DNA of 64,000 nt from an uncultured Chloroflexia bacterium (GCA_963805645.1 CAWDVA010000006.1:192078-256077); one strand, 5' to 3'; shown: positions 37,182 to 48,350, numbered from the stretch's first letter. Notes: generated from the sequence alone by a model not told the origin. A program made the numbers and translations.

Positions 37182-38243
37182 TCAGGCTGCGGGCCCCGGG
37201 CGCCGGCGGAGTGCGAAAGCGGCCCGGACCTCGCCCGAGTCGTCGCCCCGCGGGTCACGGATGGGCGGCGACGCGTAGTCCCCGAGCCGGTCCAGCGCGG
37301 CATCGTCAAGGATCCCGAGCTGGCGGAGCGCCGCGCAGCTGGCGGTGGAGGCCGCCCGGCGGGCGCCGTCGCCGTCCTCGATCTTGAGGGCCACGCCGAT
37401 GGCGCCGCCCTCTCCGCTTCCGGCATGGCCGGCGAGCACGCCCACGGCATGGACTCCCTCCGCGCCGCCCTTGGCCACGAGGGCTCCCCGGGCGGCGCGC
37501 ATGAGGGCCGTGTCGAACCGGCGTCGCTCACCGGCGACGAGCTCCGGATGGGCCATCATCGCGTCGCGGATCCGCTCGAGCGCGCCGCGGAGCGCGGGGT
37601 CCTCGCAACCGGATGGATCCGCGAGGCGCGCATAGGCGAGCGCCAGGCCATGAAGAGGCAGGCCGAAGGTGACGACACCGCAGCCGTCCGTTCCCGTCTC
37701 GACGGTATCCACTCCCACCCCGGCCAGCCGGGCGATCGTCTCGAGCGCGAGCTGCTGGATGGGGCTCTCGGGATGCCAGTAGCGCTCGACTTCCCAGCCG
37801 GCCGCCTTGGCGTGGAGCGCCATCCCGGCGTGCTTCCCGGAGCAGTTGTGGCGGAGCGGCGTCAGCGGCTCGCCATCGCGCAGCAGACGCTGCGCGGTCT
37901 CGAGGTCGTATGGCGCGTGGACGCCGCACTGCAGGACGTCGCGCGTCAGTCCGCCCTGGCGGAGGAGGGCCTGGACGGTGCGAACGTGCCGATCCTCGCC
38001 CGAGTGGCTGGCGGCCATGATCGCCAGCGCCTCGGTCGGATTGCCGAAGCCGTAGCCGTCGAATCGGCCCGATGCCACGAACGGGGCGAGCTGAAACGGC
38101 TTCGCCGCGGATCGCAGGAAGATGAGCGCGTCGGGATCGCCGGCGGAGGCAACGAGCGAGCCGTCAGCACGAACGACGGCAATGCTGCCGCGGTGACGGG
38201 ACTCCACGGTCCCGCCACGGGTTACCTCGACGAGGACCGGTGG
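37182..38243 (-). CDS. asparaginase II family protein (Rhizobium AnsA type)
   Basis: PVLVEVTRGGTVESRHRG N-terminal signature and LRHNCSGKHAGM. GTG at 38243 is the likely start. 38270 is the alternative. Confidence 0.7.
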   Translation of the reverse strand, partial: PPVLVEVTRGGTVESRHRGSIAVVRADGSLVASAGDPDALIFLRSAAKPFQLAPFVASGRFDGYGFGNPTEALAIMAASHSGEDRHVRTVQALLRQGGLTRDVLQCGVHAPYDLETAQRLLRDGEPLTPLRHNCSGKHAGMALHAKAAGWEVERYWHPESPIQQLALETIARLAGVGVDTVETGTDGCGVVTFGLPLHGLALAYARLADPSGCEDPALRGALERIRDAMMAHPELVAGERRRFDTALMRAARGALVAKGGAEGVHAVGVLAGHAGSGEGGAIGVALKIEDGDGARRAASTASCAALRQLGILDDAALDRLGDYASPPIRDPRGDDSGEVRAAFALRRRPGPAA

Positions 38244-38304
38244 CACCGTACCGCCGCGCCGGCGTACCACCGCGGCGGCCGCCGCGGTACGACTGGCCGT
38301 AGGG

Positions 38305-38934
38305 CTACTGGCCCGGGCCAGTAGCCTGGCGCTCGGTCGCGACCCCCTCGCGATCCTGCTTGCTGAAGATGGACGGGCCGCCGGCCGATGCGCCGGCGTC
38401 CGTGCCGGACCCACCGGACCCACCGGAGCCACTCGACGAGGAGGAGGACGCCTTGGAGGCGGGGGGCGTCGCCGGGCGGGACGGCTCGCGGGTCATGATC
38501 ACGGAGCCCTCCCAGTGGGCACCCTCCTTCACGACCAGCACCTGGGTCTTGACGGCACCCTTGACCCGGCCGGTTGCGCCGATCTCGAAGCGCCCGCCGC
38601 AATCGACGTCGCCTTCGTAGTCACCGTTGATGATCACGTTGTGCGCCTTGATCGCGGAGCGGACACGCGCCTGGGGGCTGATGATCAGCGTCCCCTGGCA
38701 TTCGATCTCACCCTGCGCCTCGCCCTCGATCCGCAGATCGCGATCGCTCACGTACTTGCCGTTGAAGCGGGCATGGGGATCGATCACGCTCTCGTTGCCG
38801 GCCTCCGGCCGGCGAAACTCGGACGGTGTGGGAGTCACGTCGACCTCACTGCTCAATGTGTCGGGATACAGGTTGCCAACGACGTCCTCGCGCGTCAGGG
38901 CGTCGGGCTTCGTGTCACGCTTGCCGAAGACCAT
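38305..38934 (-). CDS. bactofilin (polymer-forming cytoskeletal protein) with Ser/Gly-rich C-terminal tail
   Basis: The repetitive beta-helix core (ECQGTLIISPQARVRSAIKAHNVIINGDYEGDVDCGGRFEIGATGRVKG) is typical of DUF583. ATG at 38934 is preceded by GAGGAGGA. Confidence 0.8.
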   Translation of the reverse strand: MVFGKRDTKPDALTREDVVGNLYPDTLSSEVDVTPTPSEFRRPEAGNESVIDPHARFNGKYVSDRDLRIEGEAQGEIECQGTLIISPQARVRSAIKAHNVIINGDYEGDVDCGGRFEIGATGRVKGAVKTQVLVVKEGAHWEGSVIMTREPSRPATPPASKASSSSSSGSGGSGGSGTDAGASAGGPSIFSKQDREGVATERQATGPGQ

Positions 38935-39120
38935 GTGGAGATCCTCCTCTTCGGGGCGCAGGCTGGGCACGGCTCGTGCGCGATGGGTCGTGCTGGGACG
39001 GCATAGCCTACCAGCCATCGCGCCGGGGAGATAGTCCATGCCTGATGGGTCCGCGGCGCCCCGATTCGGCCGGGCGTCGAGCCGGCCGGGGCACCCGGCC
39101 CAGCCCGTGGAAATGGTCCC

Positions 39121-40254
39121 GTGACGGCCGTCGAGATCGACCCGATCCGCGAGCGATTCCGCGCCTTCGGGCGGGAGCAGGCCTCCGGCCCGCACGGCTC
39201 TCCGCTCTACGTCGAGCTGTGCCGTGGTCTGGCGGAGGATCCGGATACGTGCGCGCTGCTGATGGCAGCGGTACCCGGGCAGCGCATCCCGAACCTGCTC
39301 CTGGCCGCGGTGCACGACCTGCTGCTGGCCGGCGGGGCTGCCGCATCCGATCCGCTGGCCGTCTACTACCCGAGTGTCGTGGGCGGTTCGGCGCATTCGC
39401 CCGACGCCGACGCCTCAGCGCGGTTCCGTGACTTCTGCATCCGGCACCGCGACGAGGTGATCCGAACCGTCGCGACCCGCGCTACCCAGACGAACGAGCC
39501 GCGTCGAGCGGCTGCACTCGTCCCGGCGCTCGGCCGCGTGGCAGCGGAGTCGGGCCGCCCGCTGGCCCTCGTCGAGGCCGGCACGAGTGCGGGGCTCCTC
39601 CTGCAGGCGGACCGGTATCGCATCCGATACGGAGGCGGCGCCACCGGACCTGCCGGTTCCGCGCTGACGCTCGCCTGCCGCGTCGTGGGGCGCCACCCGC
39701 CCCTGCCCGATCACCTGCCGATCGCCTGGCGCGCAGGCATCGACCTGTCGCCCGTCGATGTCGGCGACCCGGAGGGGATCCGCTGGCTGCGGGCGTGCCT
39801 GTGGCCGGAGCATCGTGATCGGGCACGGAACCTGGAGGCCGCAGTGCGAATCGCGCGCGAGGACCGCCCGCTCCTGGTGCGCGGCGATATGGTCAACGAT
39901 CTGCCCCGGCTGGCGGCCCGTGCCCCGGCCGCGGCCGCACTCGCCCTCTTCCACTTCACCGCGCTCGTCTACGTCGAGGCGTCTCGTCGCTCGGCATTCG
40001 TGCGGATGGTGCAGCGGCTGGCCGCGGCACGCGGGAAGCCGGTGTGGCTCGTTGGCTGCGAGTCAATCCGGCTCGTCGAGCGCCTGGGGGCCGACCTGGG
40101 CATCGACCTCCTCGAGGGCAGGCCCGCCGACGTCCCGGACGGCCCCTCCTGCGCGCTCGTGGAGTGGCGGATGAACCCGGACGGGTCCGGCCGCCATCGG
40201 CTCCTCGCGCTGGTGCACCCGCACGGGCGATGGATCGAGTGGCTCGCGGACTAG
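39121..40254 (+). CDS. conserved hypothetical protein (actinobacterial; possibly DUF2332-like)
   Basis: 377-aa ORF with protein-like composition and no recognisable catalytic motif. Confidence 0.55.
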   Translation: MTAVEIDPIRERFRAFGREQASGPHGSPLYVELCRGLAEDPDTCALLMAAVPGQRIPNLLLAAVHDLLLAGGAAASDPLAVYYPSVVGGSAHSPDADASARFRDFCIRHRDEVIRTVATRATQTNEPRRAAALVPALGRVAAESGRPLALVEAGTSAGLLLQADRYRIRYGGGATGPAGSALTLACRVVGRHPPLPDHLPIAWRAGIDLSPVDVGDPEGIRWLRACLWPEHRDRARNLEAAVRIAREDRPLLVRGDMVNDLPRLAARAPAAAALALFHFTALVYVEASRRSAFVRMVQRLAAARGKPVWLVGCESIRLVERLGADLGIDLLEGRPADVPDGPSCALVEWRMNPDGSGRHRLLALVHPHGRWIEWLAD

Positions 40255-40265
40255 AATGCATCCCG

Positions 40266-40997
40266 ATGGCTGACCTCACCGCCCGCTACGGCAACCTGCA
40301 CGTCAGCAACCACCCGCTCGTGGCCCACAAGCTGACCCTGCTGCGAGACAACGGCACCGCGCCCAAGCAATTCCGCGAGCTGGTCCGCGAGCTGAGCTGG
40401 CTCATCGGCTACGAGGCCATGAGCGACCTCACCACCCGTCCCCGCAGCATCGAGACGCCGCTCGAACCCATGGAGGGAGCGGAGCTCGAGCCCCGGGTGG
40501 GCCTCGTCCCCGTCCTCCGCGCCGGCCTGGGCATGGTCGACGCCATGCTCGAGCTGATGCCCACGGCCCAGGTCTGGCACATCGGCCTCTACCGGGACGA
40601 GCGGACCCTGAAGCCGGTCGAGTACTACAACAAGCTGCCGGATGCGGCGACGGTGCAGGTCTGCCTCATCCTGGACCCCATGCTCGCCACCGGCGGCTCG
40701 TCGGCCGCCACCGTGGACATCCTCAAGGCGTGGGGCGCGGCACGCATCAAGCAGGTGAGCCTCATCGCCGCCCCGGAGGGGATCGCGACCCTCTCGGAGG
40801 CACATCCCGACGTCGACATCCACGTCTGCGCCGTGGACCGCAACCTGAACGAGCGCGGGTACATCATGCCCGGCCTCGGCGACGCGGGAGATCGGCAGTT
40901 CGGTACGTTCGCGGGTCCCGGCTCCGAACCCGGCCACGCTTCCGACGAGACCGCGGAGGTGGTCCGCCGCCTGCAGCGCACCCTCGCCGACGACTGA
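40266..40997 (+). CDS. upp: uracil phosphoribosyltransferase with about 30-aa C-terminal extension
   Basis: [22 protein letters not shown]-terminus and [14 protein letters not shown]-binding motif. ATG at 40266. Confidence 0.9.
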   Translation: MADLTARYGNLHVSNHPLVAHKLTLLRDNGTAPKQFRELVRELSWLIGYEAMSDLTTRPRSIETPLEPMEGAELEPRVGLVPVLRAGLGMVDAMLELMPTAQVWHIGLYRDERTLKPVEYYNKLPDAATVQVCLILDPMLATGGSSAATVDILKAWGAARIKQVSLIAAPEGIATLSEAHPDVDIHVCAVDRNLNERGYIMPGLGDAGDRQFGTFAGPGSEPGHASDETAEVVRRLQRTLADD

Positions 40998-41076
40998 CCT
41001 TCTCGCACCGGCGCCCGGCCCAGCGGAGGCCGACCCGGCTCGGAACCGGCACTGGACTCCGACACAACGAAACGTC

Positions 41077-41112
41077 CCGAAGGAACCGCCTTCGGCCCGT
41101 TGATGTGATCTC
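41077..41112 (+). terminator. rho-independent-like terminator of upp
   Basis: CCGAAGG-AACCG-CCTTCGG perfect 7-bp stem, followed by cccgTTGATGTGATCT. Confidence 0.4.
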
Positions 41113-41276
41113 CGGTGCCGTTGGCCGCCCCTTCGGGACGCGAGGAGAATATCCCGGGGCCGCGGCGCCCCGCAATACCACTTATCCCCCACTTATTCCG
41201 CGGGCGGCGAAGTTATCCACAGTCCATCCCCAACGAATCGGCCTGGGGCTGTCGTGGCTGCGAGGGTCCGGATGGT

Positions 41277-42287
41277 TCAGCCGGGCGCGACCACCTTCGC
41301 CGGATCGACCCGCGCCAGGGTCCCGTCCCTGGCGGGCACCCACAGCGAGCCGTCGCCGAGCACGACGCGACGCGCCTGCGGTCCGACGCTCGCCACCCCC
41401 AGGACCTCGCCCGTCGCTGCGTCGAGGCGCCAGAGCGTGGAGTCGGCCTGGCAGACGGCCCACAGCGACCCGTCGGCGATGATGACTCCCTCGACGCCGG
41501 CACCCACCCGGACCGCCTGGACGGCACGCAGCGTGGCCGGGTCGACCTGCACGACCCTGGCATCCACGAGGGCCGCGACCCACACGGTGCCGGCCGATGG
41601 CGCGATCCCCTCCGACCCGGCGCCGACCCGCACCCGGTCGCCCACCGTGTTGGTCTGCGGATCAATGCGCCGGATGTCGGCACTGTACGTTCCCGTGACC
41701 CACACCGCGTCCGGGCCGACCTCGACGTGGCGCGGGGTGCCGCCGGTCTCCAGCGTGGCCTCGATCGTCCCGCTCCGCGGATCCATGCGAAGGACCTCCC
41801 CCGACTGCTCGAGCGTGACCCACACCGAGCCGAAGCCGACGGCGAGGCCCTCGACCTTCTCGCCCGCGGGGAAGGTGGCGGTCACGGTGTTCGTTGCCGG
41901 ATCGATGCGCGAGAGCGTGCCGTCCTCGTGGTTCGTGACCCACACTGCACCCTCGCCGGCGGCGACCACGATGGCCCCGGCGCCGACCCTGATACGCGCG
42001 GCGACGCTGTTCGTGGCCGGGTCGATGCGGATCAGCTCCCCGGTGTCGTAGCTCGCGACCCAGGCGGCATCGTCCGCCCAGGCGATCCCGATGAGCTCGC
42101 CGCCCACCTCGATCGTGGCCTGCGTGGCGTCCACGGACGCCGGCGGCGAGGGATCCACCGTCCGCATCGGCTCGGGCGTGGGGGTGGGGGCCGCAGTCGC
42201 GGAGGGAGATCCGCCGGCGGCACTGCAGGCGGTCAGGAGGACGGCGGCGACAGCCAGGGCTGCGGCAGGGCGTGTCATGGCTGGCAT
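41277..42287 (-). CDS. lipoprotein with YVTN-type beta-propeller repeats
   Basis: Signal peptide and lipobox (MTRPAAALAVAAVLLTAC). Repeated x-VWV-x-D-x-G-x-L/V-x-R-I-D-P-x-T-N-x-V blocks. The start is ATG 42287 or 42278. Confidence 0.7.
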   Translation of the reverse strand: MPAMTRPAAALAVAAVLLTACSAAGGSPSATAAPTPTPEPMRTVDPSPPASVDATQATIEVGGELIGIAWADDAAWVASYDTGELIRIDPATNSVAARIRVGAGAIVVAAGEGAVWVTNHEDGTLSRIDPATNTVTATFPAGEKVEGLAVGFGSVWVTLEQSGEVLRMDPRSGTIEATLETGGTPRHVEVGPDAVWVTGTYSADIRRIDPQTNTVGDRVRVGAGSEGIAPSAGTVWVAALVDARVVQVDPATLRAVQAVRVGAGVEGVIIADGSLWAVCQADSTLWRLDAATGEVLGVASVGPQARRVVLGDGSLWVPARDGTLARVDPAKVVAPG

Positions 42288-42329
42288 ACCTTCGCCGCGC
42301 CGGTAAGGTTCAGCGGCTAGGCTTGCCCC

Positions 42330-42746
42330 ATGCCAAAGCGGGTCCTCTTCATCTGCACCCACAACAGCGCCCGGTCCCAGATGGCAGAAGGCATGCTTCG
42401 TGCCTGGGGCGGTCCGGACTGGGAGGCGCACTCCGCCGGCGTGGAGCGAACCTTCGTCCGCCTCGAGGCCATCGGTGTGATGGACGAGATCGGCATCGAC
42501 ATCAACGATCAACAGAGCAAGACGCTGAAGCGATACGCGGGCGAAGCGTGGGACCTGGTGGTCCCGGTCTGCGAGGAAGGCGCCGCGGCGTGCCCCATGA
42601 TCCCGGGCGACCACGTCGTGGAGAAATGGTCCTTCGACGATCCCAGCGCCGCGACCGGCACCGACGAGGAGCGCCTGGCCGTCTTCCGCCGGGTCCGCGA
42701 CGAGATCGCGGCCAGGGTCCGGGAGCTCATCAGCCGCGGCGCCTGA
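42330..42746 (+). CDS. arsC: arsenate reductase / LMW-PTP family (thioredoxin-coupled ArsC type)
   Basis: VLFICTHNSARSQMAEG is the P-loop CX5R. Confidence 0.8.
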   Translation: MPKRVLFICTHNSARSQMAEGMLRAWGGPDWEAHSAGVERTFVRLEAIGVMDEIGIDINDQQSKTLKRYAGEAWDLVVPVCEEGAAACPMIPGDHVVEKWSFDDPSAATGTDEERLAVFRRVRDEIAARVRELISRGA

Positions 42747-42747
42747 C

Positions 42748-43266
42748 GTGTCGACCCCCGTTCCGGTCTGTCCGCACTGCGCGGCGTCGGCAGAGCGACC
42801 GCTCGTCTGCGACCGGTGCGGCTGGCGCTGGCATGCCAACCCCTATCCGGCCGCCGGCGTGCTGATCGAGCGTGACGGCCCGGACGGGGAAGCCCAGGTC
42901 CTGCTGCTGCGGCGGGCCGTGGAACCCGGGTACGGTGCATGGGACCTGCCCGCAGGCTTCCTGGAGCCCAACGAGTCGTCTGAGGACGGCGCTCGCCGCG
43001 AGGGACGCGAGGAGTCCGGCCTCCAGGTCGAGCTCCTGCAGCTGGTCGGCGTCTACTCCAGCCCGGAGGGCAACGCCGTCGCGGCCGTGTACCGCGCACG
43101 ACAGGTGGACCCTGCAGCCACCGTGCGGCCGGACCATGAATCGAGCGAGCACGCGTGGGTGGCACGCAGCGCGGTGCCGGATTGGCTGCCGCGAATGGCG
43201 TTCCGATCCATGGCCGCCGCGCTCGACGACTGGGCGCACGGTCGCGCGGGAGTGGTGCAGGGCTGA
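42748..43266 (+). CDS. NUDIX hydrolase with N-terminal zinc-ribbon
   Basis: CPHC...CDRC is the zinc ribbon. GAWDLPAGFLEPNESSEDGARREGREESGL is the Nudix box. Confidence 0.8.
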   Translation: MSTPVPVCPHCAASAERPLVCDRCGWRWHANPYPAAGVLIERDGPDGEAQVLLLRRAVEPGYGAWDLPAGFLEPNESSEDGARREGREESGLQVELLQLVGVYSSPEGNAVAAVYRARQVDPAATVRPDHESSEHAWVARSAVPDWLPRMAFRSMAAALDDWAHGRAGVVQG

Positions 43267-43276
43267 CGAGCCGGCC

Positions 43277-44251
43277 TCAGGCCATCGCTGCCGGAATCGC
43301 CGCCACCAGCAGCTCCCGCATCAGGCCGGGTTGCTCCAGCCACGGGAAGTGACCGATGCCCGGCAGCACATGGAGCCGCGACCCGGGCACCAGCGCCGCG
43401 GTGGCGCGCGTCGCGTCCACCGGGATCGGGTCCTGCTCGCCATGGATAAAGACGCCGGGCACCTCCAGCCCGGGCAACGCGTGCTCCAGCGTCCGGTGTT
43501 CGAGGTGCGCATGGATCGACGCCCAGGTGGCGAGGTGGCCCGGCAGGTCCATGTCGTAGGCGGGCATCGGCGGCGCCTCGGCGGGCCTGGCGAAGTAGGA
43601 CGGCCAGAGCAGGCCAAGAGCCTCGATCTCCTCCGCCGCGGAAACCTCGCCCGACTCCTCGAGCGCGTTGATCTCCTCGATGCGCGCCCGGCTGGCCTCG
43701 TCCAGCGGCCGCATCAGGTTCTCGCCGAACTCCTGCTCCCCTCCATCGCCCACGGCACCGAGCGCGTCGACCACCACGATCCCCGCGACACGCCCGGGGT
43801 GCATGACCGCCAGGTGCATGGCGAGGTGGCCGCCCCATGAGTGGCCGAGCACCCACGGCCGACCCCAGCCCAGGGCGTCCGCGACTGCCACGGCATCGGC
43901 GACGTGGCCTTCGATGCTCCGGTCTCCATCCGCCACCGACGGGGCGATGCCGCGCTGCTGGTAGTGGACCACCGTGAACGCGGGAGCAAGCTCCGCCGCC
44001 AGCGGAGCGAGGTAGTCGGAGAGGCCCGGCCCGCCGTGGAGGAGCATGATCGGCGGACCCGATCCGGTCCGGTGCCCGACCAGCGCACCGCCGGAGACCG
44101 GGAGGGTGACCTCCTCGCTGCCGGGCCCGATGGCCCCGGCGCCATCGGAGCGATCGCCACCTTCGGCACCCGGGGTTGTGACCAAAGGCTCAGGTGCACG
44201 CCTGCGCATGCGCGCAGTATGCGGTTCGGGGGAAGCCAGCCCATCGGTCAC
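43277..44251 (-). CDS. alpha/beta hydrolase (proline iminopeptidase-like)
   Basis: HGGPG oxyanion motif and GHSWGG nucleophile elbow. The true start is uncertain: GTG 44251 or ATG 44209. Confidence 0.7.
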   Translation of the reverse strand: MTDGLASPEPHTARMRRRAPEPLVTTPGAEGGDRSDGAGAIGPGSEEVTLPVSGGALVGHRTGSGPPIMLLHGGPGLSDYLAPLAAELAPAFTVVHYQQRGIAPSVADGDRSIEGHVADAVAVADALGWGRPWVLGHSWGGHLAMHLAVMHPGRVAGIVVVDALGAVGDGGEQEFGENLMRPLDEASRARIEEINALEESGEVSAAEEIEALGLLWPSYFARPAEAPPMPAYDMDLPGHLATWASIHAHLEHRTLEHALPGLEVPGVFIHGEQDPIPVDATRATAALVPGSRLHVLPGIGHFPWLEQPGLMRELLVAAIPAAMA

Positions 44252-44265
44252 GCGTACGAGGCTGC

Positions 44266-44271
44266 GCTACA
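44266..44271 (+). promoter_or_regulatory. candidate -10 element (TACACT) upstream of mdh
   Basis: TACACT lies about 30 nt upstream of the AGGAGA Shine-Dalgarno sequence and ATG 44302. Weak support. Confidence 0.2.
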
Positions 44272-44301
44272 CTCGAACACAGAGAAGATCGCAGGAGAAC
44301 C

Positions 44302-45291
44302 ATGCCGGACGCACATGTCAAGGTCGCCGTCACCGGCGCCGCGGGTCAGATCGGGTACGCCCTTCTGTTCAGGATCGCCTCTGGCCAGATGTTCGGGCCG
44401 GAGACGACCATAGACCTGCAGCTCCTCGAGCTGGAGGCTGCGCTCCCCGCGCTCGAGGGCGTGGCGATGGAGCTCGACGACTGCGCGTTCCCGCTCCTGC
44501 GCTCGGTGGTGCGCACCTCGTCGGCCGACGAGGCGTTCCGTGACGCCAACTGGGTCCTGCTGGTGGGCGCCGTCCCCCGCAAGGCAGGCATGGAGCGCAA
44601 GGACCTGCTGACCATCAACGGTGGCATCTTCACCGCGCAGGGCCGCGCGATCGCCGCCAACGCGGCGGATGACGTCCACGTCCTGGTGGTCGGCAACCCA
44701 TGCAACACCAACGCCCTGATCGCCTCGGCGAACGCACCGGAGATCCCCGCCGAGCGCTGGTTCGCGATGACCATGCTGGACCAGAGCCGCGGGCGCTCGC
44801 AGCTGGCAGCGAAGGCCGGCGTGGCGGTCGAGGAGGTGCAGGACCTGGCGATCTGGGGCAACCACTCCAGCACGCAGTTCCCCGACTTCTACCACGCCAC
44901 CATCGGCGGCCGGCCGGCCCTCGAGGTTATCGGCGACGAGGCCTGGATGCAGAACGACTTCATGCGCATCGTCCAGCAGCGCGGCGCCGAGATCATCAAG
45001 GCCCGAGGGGCCTCGTCCGCCGCGAGCGCCGCGAATGCCATCGTCGACACCGTCCGCAGCATCGCGCGGCCCGGCGGCGAGCTCTTCTCGGTGGCCATCA
45101 AGGCGCCGGCGGAGGGCGGCTACGATGTCCCGGAGGGCCTGGTCTTCGGCTATCCGGTCAGGGCCATCGCGCCCGGCACCGTCGAGATCGTGCAGCGCAT
45201 TGAGCACGGTCCCTGGGCGCAGGCGAAGATCGACGCAACGCGCAACGAGCTCCTCGAGGAGCGTGAGGCAGTAAAGGACCTGATGCCATGA
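44302..45291 (+). CDS. mdh: malate dehydrogenase (cytosolic/LDH-like MDH family)
   Basis: [15 protein letters not shown] motif and [17 protein letters not shown] Shine-Dalgarno sequence before ATG 44302. Confidence 0.9.
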   Translation: MPDAHVKVAVTGAAGQIGYALLFRIASGQMFGPETTIDLQLLELEAALPALEGVAMELDDCAFPLLRSVVRTSSADEAFRDANWVLLVGAVPRKAGMERKDLLTINGGIFTAQGRAIAANAADDVHVLVVGNPCNTNALIASANAPEIPAERWFAMTMLDQSRGRSQLAAKAGVAVEEVQDLAIWGNHSSTQFPDFYHATIGGRPALEVIGDEAWMQNDFMRIVQQRGAEIIKARGASSAASAANAIVDTVRSIARPGGELFSVAIKAPAEGGYDVPEGLVFGYPVRAIAPGTVEIVQRIEHGPWAQAKIDATRNELLEEREAVKDLMP

Positions 45292-46628
45292 CCGACAAGA
45301 CTGCAGTCCGCACCGCTGACACCAACGGCAACGCGCCGGCTCCCGCCCAGTCCGCCACCCTGAACTTCGGCGACCAGGCAATCGAGCTGCCGATCGTCCG
45401 CGGGTCGGAAGGCGAGACGGCGATCGACATCGGCAAGCTGCGCGCACAGACCGGCCTGATCACCCTCGATCACGGGTATGTCAACACCGGGTCCTGCACG
45501 AGCGCCATCACCTTCCTGGACGGCGAGCACGGGATCCTCCGCTATCGCGGCTATCCCATCGAGCAGCTCGCCGAGAAGAGCTCGTTCCTGGAGGTTGCCT
45601 ACCTCCTCATCTACGGCGAGCTCCCCACGCAGGCCCAGCTGGAGGCGTGGGTCACGAGCATCACGCACCACACCCTCATCCACGAGGAGATGCGGCGCTT
45701 CTTCGACAGCTTCCCGTACGACGCCCATCCGATGGCCGTGCTCGCGTCGGCCACGGTGGGGATGTCAACCTTCTACCAGGACGGCCGTGACCCGTGGGAT
45801 CCGGAGATCGCCGAGCTCAGCATCCGGCGCCTGATCGCCAAGCTCCCGACCCTGGCGGCGTGGTCGTTCAAGAAGGCAATCGGCCAGCCCTACGCCTACC
45901 CGCGCAATGACCTGGACTACGCGTCGAACCTGCTGCACATGATGTTCGCGGTGCCCGCGGAGCCGTACGAGGTGAACCCGGAGGTCGCGAAGGCACTGGA
46001 CCTGCTCCTCATCCTGCACGCCGATCACGAGCAGAACTGCTCGGCCTCGACGGTCCGGATGGTCGGATCCAGCCAGGCGAACCTGTACGCCTCCGTGTCG
46101 GCGGGTATCTCGGCCCTGTGGGGACCGCTGCACGGCGGAGCCAACGAGGCGGTCATCCGCACGCTCGAGCGCATCGTGGCGGACGGCGGGAACATCCAGA
46201 AGTACGTCGACCTGGCCAAGAACCCCGAAACGAGCTTCAAGCTCCCCGGGTTCGGGCACCGCGTCTACAAGAACTTCGACCCGCGCGCCACCATCATCAA
46301 GGGCGCGGCAGAACGGGTGCTCAAGGCGACCGGGGCCACCGACCAGCTGTTCGAGGTGGCGCTGAAGCTCGAGGAGATCGCGCTCCATGACGAGTACTTC
46401 ATCGCGCGCAAGCTCTACCCGAACGTGGACTTCTACTCCGGGCTGATCTATCGCGCCATCGGCTTCCCGAACACCATGTTCACCAACTGCTTCGCCATCG
46501 GCCGGCTGCCCGGCTGGATCGCGCAGTGGCGGGAGATGATCAACTCGCCGGACACCAAGATCGGGCGACCGCGCCAGGTCTTCACCGGAGAGACCACGCG
46601 CGACTACGTGCCGGTCCCGTCGCGGTAG
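45288..46628 (+). CDS. gltA: citrate synthase
   Basis: The ATG overlaps the mdh TGA (ATGA). [20 protein letters not shown] and GFGHRVYK are citrate synthase signatures. Confidence 0.9.
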   Translation: MTDKTAVRTADTNGNAPAPAQSATLNFGDQAIELPIVRGSEGETAIDIGKLRAQTGLITLDHGYVNTGSCTSAITFLDGEHGILRYRGYPIEQLAEKSSFLEVAYLLIYGELPTQAQLEAWVTSITHHTLIHEEMRRFFDSFPYDAHPMAVLASATVGMSTFYQDGRDPWDPEIAELSIRRLIAKLPTLAAWSFKKAIGQPYAYPRNDLDYASNLLHMMFAVPAEPYEVNPEVAKALDLLLILHADHEQNCSASTVRMVGSSQANLYASVSAGISALWGPLHGGANEAVIRTLERIVADGGNIQKYVDLAKNPETSFKLPGFGHRVYKNFDPRATIIKGAAERVLKATGATDQLFEVALKLEEIALHDEYFIARKLYPNVDFYSGLIYRAIGFPNTMFTNCFAIGRLPGWIAQWREMINSPDTKIGRPRQVFTGETTRDYVPVPSR

Positions 46629-46655
46629 GACCCCTGCGGATACCCCTGCAGATCG

Positions 46656-46685
46656 TTGGCCTTCCCGGTTGCGGGGAGGCCAACC
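46656..46685 (+). terminator. hairpin after gltA (gttggccttccc-ggttgc-ggggaggccaac, one G.U pair)
   Basis: 12-bp stem starting 28 nt after the gltA stop. Confidence 0.35.
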
Positions 46686-46847
46686 GTCCTGCCACCCATG
46701 CCCGGGCGAGTGGCCGCCGGACTCCCCGGTTGACTCCGCCAGTGCCCTGCGGGGGCCGGTGCATACGGGGGGCCGACGGCCCCGCCGGCCGCATCGGCGC
46801 GGAATTCACATGCGGCGCCCGGCCGAATCCGTCATAACTACGCAAAC

Positions 46848-47627
46848 ATGCACTTGACCGTCCTGGGGCGCAGCCCCGCACGTCCAAATCCGGGAGAAGC
46901 CTGCGCCGGGTACATCGTCGAAGGAGGCGCTTCGCGCGTCCTCGTGGACGTCGGTCCTGGCGTCGTGGCCCAGCTCCTTCGGCGCAACACCCCCGATGAG
47001 CTGGACGCGGTGCTGATCAGCCACATGCACACCGACCACTGCCTCGACCTGATCACGCTGCGCTACAGCTATCCGTGGATCGACGTGGCCAAGAAGCGCC
47101 TGACGGTGATCGTCCCGCCCGGCGCGTCCGCCCAGCTCGCCGACCTGGCCCTGGGCGCCGGCTACGCCAACTTCTTCGACAAGAGCTTCATCTTCGTGGA
47201 GCACGACGGGAAGCGGCCCATCGAGGTGGGCGACCTGCGCTTCGAGCCCGATGAGACGCAGCACTACGTGCGCACCTGGGGATTCCGCATCACGGCGAAG
47301 GGGACGGGCGAGGACCCGAACAAGGTCCTGGCCTACTCGGCGGATGCCGGCCCCTGCGACGCGCTGCCGCGCATCGCGGACCGCTCGGACCTCTTCCTGT
47401 GCGAGGCGGCCCTGCGCTCCCTCAAGGAGGACGACCCCGCACCCTACAGCCGCGGCCACCTGCTCCCCTCAGAGGCTGGTTCCGTGGCCCAGTCCTCCCA
47501 TGCTCAGCGGCTGCTCCTCACCCACATCCCCATGGCGGACGGTGGCGAGTGGGCGCTCTCCGAGGCGCGCTCGACCTACGAGGGAGACCTGGGGATCGCG
47601 GAGCCGCTGCGCACCTACGAGGTCTAG
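46848..47627 (+). CDS. MBL-fold metallo-hydrolase
   Basis: HMHTDH metal-binding motif. Confidence 0.8.
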   Translation: MHLTVLGRSPARPNPGEACAGYIVEGGASRVLVDVGPGVVAQLLRRNTPDELDAVLISHMHTDHCLDLITLRYSYPWIDVAKKRLTVIVPPGASAQLADLALGAGYANFFDKSFIFVEHDGKRPIEVGDLRFEPDETQHYVRTWGFRITAKGTGEDPNKVLAYSADAGPCDALPRIADRSDLFLCEAALRSLKEDDPAPYSRGHLLPSEAGSVAQSSHAQRLLLTHIPMADGGEWALSEARSTYEGDLGIAEPLRTYEV

Positions 47628-47635
47628 CTCCCCGG

Positions 47636-47812
47636 CTAGGAAGGGTTGATCCGGCCGCTGTCGCGCAGATGCTCGATGTCGGCGTCCATGTGGACCGCCG
47701 GGTCGTGCTTCGCGGCGTTCAGCCGCCGATCCATGGCGCTCGTGTCACGGAAGAACCGCTGCACGCGGATCGCCAGGCGTTTCAGGGCATGCCGGGGTCG
47801 CATCGGTCCCAT
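47636..47812 (-). CDS. possible small ORF (58 aa) one nt downstream of membrane-protein stop
   Basis: MGPMRPRHALKRLAIRVQRFFRDTSAMDRRLNAAKHDPAVHMDADIEHLRD. No Shine-Dalgarno sequence. Weak support. Confidence 0.15.
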   Translation of the reverse strand: MGPMRPRHALKRLAIRVQRFFRDTSAMDRRLNAAKHDPAVHMDADIEHLRDSGRINPS

Positions 47813-47813
47813 C

Positions 47814-48350
47814 CTAGCGCTCGCCCTCGATGCGGGCCCGAGCGATGTACCGGTCGGCGGCCCAGGTGGCGAGCGCCCAGACCAGGCTCCCGACCAGGGT
47901 GAAGACCACGGCGGCGCCGATCCAGATGGGCGCACCGGACCCGGGCAGGTACCCGAAGAGAAGCATGGAGCCGAAGAAGAAGACGGCCACCATGCCGATC
48001 ATCACCAGCCCGATCTTCGCCGAGGTCCAGACGAACCAGCCCAGCGAGTGACCCTGCGCGCGGCCCGCAAGCCACAGGACGCAGGGCCCCGCAGCGCCGG
48101 CGAGCGCGGTGTACAGACCGGGACCTCCCAGCAGCGCGCCGATGCCGAGGCGCGTCCCCAGGATCATGGCGCTGAAGAGCCAGACCCCCAGGAGCGAGCT
48201 GCCGGCGCCGATCCCCAGCAGCCAGATCAGCAGGACCGTGGCGGTGCCGCCGGAGAGGCGCTCGACCAGCTCTCCCTGGGCATCCGGCACGAGCTGGGTC
48301 GGCCCGTCCTCCGCGATCTGCGGCGGCTCTCCGGGGTGGTCGTGTGTCAT
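47814..48350 (-). CDS. hypothetical membrane protein (4 TM)
   Basis: Hydrophobic helices such as VLLIWLLGIGAGSSLLGVWLF. ATG at 48350. It lies 17 nt downstream of metB-like. Confidence 0.5.
   Translation of the reverse strand: MTHDHPGEPPQIAEDGPTQLVPDAQGELVERLSGGTATVLLIWLLGIGAGSSLLGVWLFSAMILGTRLGIGALLGGPGLYTALAGAAGPCVLWLAGRAQGHSLGWFVWTSAKIGLVMIGMVAVFFFGSMLLFGYLPGSGAPIWIGAAVVFTLVGSLVWALATWAADRYIARARIEGER

Noticed and set aside
32777-46858. Shared AACTACGCAA(M)C upstream of the J-domain gene and the MBL hydrolase
   Set aside because: A 10-11-mer match is expected by chance thousands of times in a 64-kb two-strand comparison.
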